Below are positions 58,620 through 64,000 of a stretch of DNA of 64,000 bases, piece after piece. The DNA is taken from the NCBI GenBank assembly GCA_003173865.1, contig PJMF01000010.1, forward strand, positions 19,088 to 83,087, in the 5' to 3' direction. Numbering within the stretch: the first letter of the stretch is position 1; each line of letters opens with the position of its first letter. This DNA is from Minisyncoccota bacterium (GTDB lineage Bacteria > Patescibacteriota > Microgenomatia > UBA1400 > PJMF01). The notes beneath the pieces were generated by a model, which was not told where the DNA came from, did no database searches, and worked only from the letters and a program-made list of their open reading frames with translations. Made by a program: the position numbers and the translations under genes.

Positions 58620-61252
58620 AACATTGGAAATACTGGCTTGTAAAACACTGGTTTGTGATTGTGTTACTGAGTGCGTGTGTAGTTTTTTCGGGAGTTCTTC
58701 ACGCCTGGAACATGACGCATTTCCCATATTATGAAAATGACGAAGCGATTTACTTCACACAAGCATGGACAGTGCTCACTCAAGGCAAGTTATCTCCGTA
58801 TACCTATTGGTATGATCACGCTCCGTTTGGTTGGATTGTCGCATCTGGTTGGATTGCAGTGACAGGAGGTTTATTTACTTTTGGCTTCTCGTTGAACTCG
58901 GCGCGCTGGTTGATGTTTGTGGTTCACTTATGCTCTACTTTTTTACTTTTTTGGGTTGCGAAAAAAGTGACGAAGTCCTACTTTGCAGTAGTCTTAACGC
59001 TTTTTTTCTTTTCGGTCTCACCAATTGCCATTTACTTTCAACGGCGATTTTTACTTGATAACATGATGACGTTTTGGATATTGCTGGGATTGTTTCTCAT
59101 TCTATACGCCCGCAAACGTCTGTGGTACTTTTTTGCAAGCGCAGTGTGTGTGGGCCTCGCTGCTGTATCAAAAGAAAACGGCATCTTCTTCTTTCCGATT
59201 TTTTGGGTGCTCGCAGTTCTGTATGGCCATCCGAAACAAAGAATTTTTATCTTTTTGCAGTGGTGTGCAATTGCCGGCATGACGATCTCGTTTTATCCTC
59301 TGTATGCATTGTTGAAACAAGAGCTTTTCCCGACGGGAACTCTGTTGGGCGGGAGCAAAGAGCACGTGAGTTTGCTGCAAACCCTACAACAACAAACCAG
59401 TCGCGGTTCAGGGCTACCCTTTTGGAAGTGGAACAGCGACTTTCAATTTAATTATCGTTTCTGGTTGTTGAAAGATTCTCTCTTCGTAATTGCAGCATCG
59501 ATCTCATTCGTGATACAGGGGGTGTTAGGAATTTTCCATAAACGAAGTCGTGTAATCTTTTTTCTGACGCTGCCGATGGCGGCTTTTTTAATGAGTGGCA
59601 AGTTAGTAATTAATTTTTATATTATTCCGATCATCCCTTTTGCATCTTTGTGTATTGGATATGCACTGAGCTTAATCATCACGCCAGTCTATCGCGTGAA
59701 TAAAATATTGGGTGTTTTGCTGTTTGTCGTGATACTCGGAGGACTCAGTTATCACTACCTCCAAAGCACTTTTTTACATAGTGTCTTTTTTGATAACGAC
59801 ACTGTGTATCAAGTCCAAGCCATTAACTGGGTGAAAGCAAATCTTGATCCTAAAGCACACATCGCGATGGATTATTATGGCAATCTTGATTTAACAAACT
59901 CACGTTTTAAGGGAGATCCAGCTTTTCAAAATGCAGATTGGTACTGGAAAGTCGATTTTGATCCTGACACACGATACAAAAAACTTGCAAATAATTTTCA
60001 CAATCTCCAATACGTACTCGTGACACCACAGCTCTATAAGGACGTTGCCAGTTACGAATACATCAATCCATTAACTCAACAAGCACTCGAAAATAGCGTT
60101 CAAATAAAATACTTTGGCCCATTGTTTAAACAAGAAAATGACATGACTGCATTTGTTTTGAGTCATCCAAATGGTGACTGGGTCTCGATTTACAAACAAC
60201 TTTCAACCGAAGAAACCCTTCAATATGCATGGCAGTCGTATCGCACTCACCAAGTACTACTCAATGGCGAAGTTCGAGCGCCAAGTGGAAGTAAGACGAG
60301 TAGTAGTGATATTGGACGCACGTTACTCATCGCTGTGCTCCAAAACGATCAGCAAACGTTTGCAAAAGTCTGGAACTGGACCCAGCAAAACATGACACTC
60401 CCAGAAAATAAATTATTCGCGGCTCAACTTGGCGACTCAAATACTTCCAGTGACGCAGATCAATTGATTGCTTTTGCCCTTGACCAAGCCAGTAAAAAAT
60501 GGTCGTCAGAAACATACCGTAACGCTGCAAGAGCAATCGCTCAATCAATTTGGAACCACGAAGTAGTCGAGATTAACAATCGCCACTACCTCGTCGCTGG
60601 TACGTGGACTGCGCAAGCAAACCGGCCAGTTTACTCGCTCAACTTGTCGCATTTTGTGCCACTTTTTTATCGCAGTTTTGCCAAAATTGATAACTCACAT
60701 CCTTGGATGCAGCTCCGGCGAGATATGTATGTCACACTTGATGAGTGTTCGGCAAGTACGTTTGAAACCAAAAACGCTGCATATTTACCTCCCAACTGGT
60801 GCGATGTGACGAATAAAGGACAGATTGTCTTGGCCAAAGAAATTGATCCTCATGCCACTGATTTTTCTTACGAAGCGTATCGTGTGCTGTGGAATATTAG
60901 TTTAGAAGCAGTAATATCCCAAAGTCCCGAAGCAACTGCTTACTTGAAAAAGGTGAATACTCTTTCTCAAGATTGGCAGTCTAAACACATGATCTTTTCG
61001 CAGTATGATCACCAGGGAAAACCTCTTTCCAGTGATGGTTCACTTGATCAATACGTCGCCACATTTGGTTACTTTATCACTCGTGGTGAGCAAGATACTG
61101 CACGCGCAATTTATGAAAAATACGTCTCACCCAGCTTCAAACACAACCAAGACAGTTACTACTGGAGTGATGGCCAAAATACGTTTGAACAAAACTGGAT
61201 TTGGTTAAATATATGGATGTTTCAAGGAAAATTAGAAACAATATCTCCCTAA
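58616..61252 (+). CDS. GT-C (ArnT/PMT-like) glycosyltransferase fused to a GH8-like domain
   Basis: DEAIY, YWYDHAP, LDN, SKE; C-terminal NDQQTF..VWNWT, SDAD, YEAYR. Confidence 0.85.
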   Translation: MKHWKYWLVKHWFVIVLLSACVVFSGVLHAWNMTHFPYYENDEAIYFTQAWTVLTQGKLSPYTYWYDHAPFGWIVASGWIAVTGGLFTFGFSLNSARWLMFVVHLCSTFLLFWVAKKVTKSYFAVVLTLFFFSVSPIAIYFQRRFLLDNMMTFWILLGLFLILYARKRLWYFFASAVCVGLAAVSKENGIFFFPIFWVLAVLYGHPKQRIFIFLQWCAIAGMTISFYPLYALLKQELFPTGTLLGGSKEHVSLLQTLQQQTSRGSGLPFWKWNSDFQFNYRFWLLKDSLFVIAASISFVIQGVLGIFHKRSRVIFFLTLPMAAFLMSGKLVINFYIIPIIPFASLCIGYALSLIITPVYRVNKILGVLLFVVILGGLSYHYLQSTFLHSVFFDNDTVYQVQAINWVKANLDPKAHIAMDYYGNLDLTNSRFKGDPAFQNADWYWKVDFDPDTRYKKLANNFHNLQYVLVTPQLYKDVASYEYINPLTQQALENSVQIKYFGPLFKQENDMTAFVLSHPNGDWVSIYKQLSTEETLQYAWQSYRTHQVLLNGEVRAPSGSKTSSSDIGRTLLIAVLQNDQQTFAKVWNWTQQNMTLPENKLFAAQLGDSNTSSDADQLIAFALDQASKKWSSETYRNAARAIAQSIWNHEVVEINNRHYLVAGTWTAQANRPVYSLNLSHFVPLFYRSFAKIDNSHPWMQLRRDMYVTLDECSASTFETKNAAYLPPNWCDVTNKGQIVLAKEIDPHATDFSYEAYRVLWNISLEAVISQSPEATAYLKKVNTLSQDWQSKHMIFSQYDHQGKPLSSDGSLDQYVATFGYFITRGEQDTARAIYEKYVSPSFKHNQDSYYWSDGQNTFEQNWIWLNIWMFQGKLETISP

Positions 61253-62338
61253 GACTATCATCTGTGGCTGGTCGTGAACTTGACCACCGTAGGTAACGGG
61301 CTGAACGCTTAAAGGATAATTTTTCCACCAAGGACCGGCACTCCAGTACACTACGCCAACAATGTTGTGATCGGCAAACGCATTTTTCATAAAGCGGTCC
61401 ATCACATCCAGCCATTGTGGTTGGTTGCCAGGCACACCAAACTCTGTAAACATTCCTTGAGCATGATGCTGCTCAAGCCAATCCAAGAATGGTTTAGAAT
61501 CCGCCTCTACTTGCTGTGGAGCAGTATGGTTTGCTGCAAATGGTCTGAGATATTTTCCTGAGTAGTCATCATCAAAGTATTGATGTGCTGTGTAAATAAT
61601 TTTATTGCTTGGATCTTGAATCGCGAGCCCAGCATTTTGAGCTTGCCATATGCGTGCTTGTTGCCACTCGTACCCGGGAACGAGAATCGGCGTATTTTGG
61701 TCAACACTACGAATTCCAGTGACTACTGTTTGTGCAATCTCTGCCCAACCACTTCCACCTTCAGGCAAGTCATGTGGTTCGTTCATTAACTCGTAACCAT
61801 ATATGTTTGGTGCATCTTTAAATTCTGTCGCAATTCTTTTCCACACGTTAGCAAGTTGTGCTGCGTTTTGGCGGGTGACCGGTTGACGGTAGTAGTATCC
61901 GAAGTTATGTAAATCTAAAATCACTTTTTGGTTTGCAGATTGAGCAATCGAAACCATGTTTTTTAGACCAGCTAAATCAGCTGCGGAAAGCGCTTGCAAC
62001 GGACGAGGTTGAAGGCGTTCCCAAAGGAAGGGAATTCGAACAATTTTTAGATTTTTTTGTGAAAAATATTGAAAATCCTCTGTTTGCGCTGGGTAGTGAT
62101 AATCTTTATTCAAGATACCTGGAATTGCATAATCACCAAACTCTCCGCCACTCATGTTTACGCCACACCTCTTCGCAGCTGTTGGTGCTGCCGTTGGGTT
62201 GCCAGCTTGATTTGCTGGCTGGGTGGTGTTGTTACTCAATTGTGGTGCGTGCGTATTGAGCCAAAAAATGTAGCCCCCAAAGATAAGAATACCGATTAAA
62301 GCAAAGAGATTTTTTTGAGAGAAGAGACGACCGGGCAT
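61232..62338 (-). CDS. GH5 endoglucanase, membrane-anchored
   Basis: GVNMSGGEFG, RIPFLWERLQ, LDLHN, MNEP, HQY, TEFG. Confidence 0.93.
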   Translation of the reverse strand: MPGRLFSQKNLFALIGILIFGGYIFWLNTHAPQLSNNTTQPANQAGNPTAAPTAAKRCGVNMSGGEFGDYAIPGILNKDYHYPAQTEDFQYFSQKNLKIVRIPFLWERLQPRPLQALSAADLAGLKNMVSIAQSANQKVILDLHNFGYYYRQPVTRQNAAQLANVWKRIATEFKDAPNIYGYELMNEPHDLPEGGSGWAEIAQTVVTGIRSVDQNTPILVPGYEWQQARIWQAQNAGLAIQDPSNKIIYTAHQYFDDDYSGKYLRPFAANHTAPQQVEADSKPFLDWLEQHHAQGMFTEFGVPGNQPQWLDVMDRFMKNAFADHNIVGVVYWSAGPWWKNYPLSVQPVTYGGQVHDQPQMIVLGRYCF

Positions 62339-62361
62339 TGTGTCATTCTAACATTTTATTT

Positions 62362-62952
62362 TTATTTTTGCTTTTGTTTCTTCCTTTTTTTCCCGCTGAC
62401 GTATTTAAAGTCTTCCCTTTTTATCTGAAAACGAGAACCATTTGCACGATTGGAAATACTTACTCTCACCAAAGTGCCATTAAAATTGAGTAATTCATGA
62501 TCTTCGATTATCCAGTCGATAATGGTAACTTGTTGTAAACTAAGTTCTATACCACATTGCTCGAGATCGTTTAAAAGGTTATTGAAGAAATTTTCACAAA
62601 AAACTTCAAATCTATTGCTTTTTAAAGCATCTTTCGCTTGCTGTGTCATTAACAACTCCATAAAAACCGAAATGCCAATTTTATGGAAATCACAGAAATA
62701 GACAATATCTGCAAATAATTCTGGGATATCCGACAATAACTTTTGAAGCTCCAAGTAAGCATTGTCCATATTGGATGTCTGATCTGCAATTTGTTTTTTC
62801 AATGCGGCAGCTTGTTCGTATTTCGCAACTCGTTTTCTCTTAGCTTCTTGACTCTCTTTGGGAATAGGTTGATGGTTATGGCGAGAACCGGAATGAATTT
62901 CAATCATAAAACCTTTTAGTTGAATATATTTTGGGGAGTATAAAGCACTCAT
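62362..62952 (-). CDS. Hypothetical protein
   Basis: 196 aa ORF; start uncertain. Confidence 0.6.
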   Translation of the reverse strand: MSALYSPKYIQLKGFMIEIHSGSRHNHQPIPKESQEAKRKRVAKYEQAAALKKQIADQTSNMDNAYLELQKLLSDIPELFADIVYFCDFHKIGISVFMELLMTQQAKDALKSNRFEVFCENFFNNLLNDLEQCGIELSLQQVTIIDWIIEDHELLNFNGTLVRVSISNRANGSRFQIKREDFKYVSGKKRKKQKQK

Positions 62953-63047
62953 TTAATTTTTTAAAATACCAAAAAACCCTCTTTCTGTAACCTCCACTGC
63001 ACTATATACTTTGAATTACTATTATTTGTGAGTGAAAGGGTAGTGTT

Positions 63048-63368
63048 ATGAAACTTTCCACTAAATTTGTAAAATCGGCAGGAGTACTCGTTGCAACGGC
63101 CGCAACCTCTGCAGTGCTCTTCAGTGCATGCAGCAAAGCCAGTACGGACGTTACTGCATCACCAAGCCCAGATGTTACTGAAGCGACACCAGTAGCAACG
63201 GCAATGCCATCGGCAACACCCGAAGCATCTTTAATGCCAACAGCAAAGCCAACGCCTACCCCAAAACCAACGCCCACTCCAAAACCAGTCAAAGGTAAAA
63301 CGAAGATGTCTGCAACTCCAGTTGCTTCACCAGTAGCATCCCCAGCTGATGGTGGCGGTGATCAATAA
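63048..63368 (+). CDS. Pro/Thr/Ala-rich lipoprotein
   Basis: Lipobox FSAC, PTPTPK repeats. Confidence 0.75.
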   Translation: MKLSTKFVKSAGVLVATAATSAVLFSACSKASTDVTASPSPDVTEATPVATAMPSATPEASLMPTAKPTPTPKPTPTPKPVKGKTKMSATPVASPVASPADGGGDQ

Positions 63369-63389
63369 ATTGATCCTTAATGTAAAGAG

Positions 63390-63422
63390 AAAAACCCCGG
63401 ATTTATCATCTGGGGTTTTTTT
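63390..63422. terminator. Bidirectional terminator
   Basis: A5-CCCCGGAT...ATCTGGGG-T7 between convergent genes. Confidence 0.85.
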
Positions 63423-63444
63423 ATGCAGTGAAGATAGACAAAAA

Positions 63445-64000
63445 TTAACTTCGGCGCCAATTGTCAATCATTGAGTAGTAAAAGACCTTTGCCCCATCAA
63501 GCAGAAGAAAATACACAATAGTCATTCCAAACACGAATCCAATTGTGCTTGCAGAAAGTGGTACAAATGAAAGTAACTGCGCGATTGGTGGTATATACAG
63601 CAAGAGAAGTGACAACGCGAAAACAACAATCACTGCAATCGTTAATAAACTTGATGGACGGACAGCATTGAAAAACGGTTTTTTTGTCCTGACTGAAAAA
63701 ATGATGATTAACTGAACTAAGGTCAAGAAAAGAAACACCATTGTCTCGGTGCGAACACCTCCCTTCATATGCACAAAACCAAAGAAAATAAACTCGATAA
63801 GAGTTGTTAAAGTTCCGAGGAAAAGAGAGATGAACATCAATGGACGTGGATCATATTTTTGTGGCTGAGCAACTTCTTCCGCATCGATAGTATCAGAATA
63901 AATTGCAATCAACGGAACATCAGTCAGTAAGCTTGTCAATAAAATTTGAATTGGGAGCAAAGGCAAGTTATTGGAAATTAAGTACAACGCGGCTAACGCA
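63445..64000 (-). CDS. P-type cation ATPase C-terminus (MgtA-like), partial
   Basis: LPLLPIQILL..LLTD, IFSVRT, RPS..L. Confidence 0.85.
   Translation of the reverse strand, partial: ALAALYLISNNLPLLPIQILLTSLLTDVPLIAIYSDTIDAEEVAQPQKYDPRPLMFISLFLGTLTTLIEFIFFGFVHMKGGVRTETMVFLFLTLVQLIIIFSVRTKKPFFNAVRPSSLLTIAVIVVFALSLLLLYIPPIAQLLSFVPLSASTIGFVFGMTIVYFLLLDGAKVFYYSMIDNWRRS

Noticed and set aside
63160-63350. Tandem repeats in the lipoprotein gene
   Set aside because: Ordinary Pro/Thr low-complexity coding sequence.

Overview
AT-rich bacterial chromosome segment; gene content and many apparently leaderless genes suggest Patescibacteria (CPR, Microgenomates-like), which is an inference. About 44.8-64 kb is backbone: bcp, rpoD, DsbA, gdhA, trxB/trxA with a CsoR-family repressor, dnaG, DedA, MFS, tRNA-Ser(GGA), a 6S-like hairpin, a GT2/GT-C-GH8/GH5 polysaccharide cluster and a partial P-type ATPase. 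About 0.9-44.5 kb is an accessory island anchored at the 3' end of a tRNA-Asn(GTT) that is split by a group I intron. The tRNA-proximal unit (28913-44519) is a capsid-less primase/large-serine-recombinase element whose att site lies inside the recombinase 3' end. At least seven more same-orientation copies of its distal att half-site (consensus GCTCCCCGTGTGGGACTTTATCCGAAC, reading LPVWDFIRT) cut the island into 1-12-gene modules, resembling an integron-like cassette array built by a serine recombinase. Cargo includes a complete his operon with its own tRNA-His, ultra-short His T-box and TrpR-like repressor, a Ser-bodied tRNA with a GAC anticodon and a very long variable arm, a divergent cytochrome P450, a SLOG protein and a CHAT-like protease. 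At the left edge a T-box controls a degenerate TyrRS-like gene. All calls come from motif recognition by eye; no searches were run.
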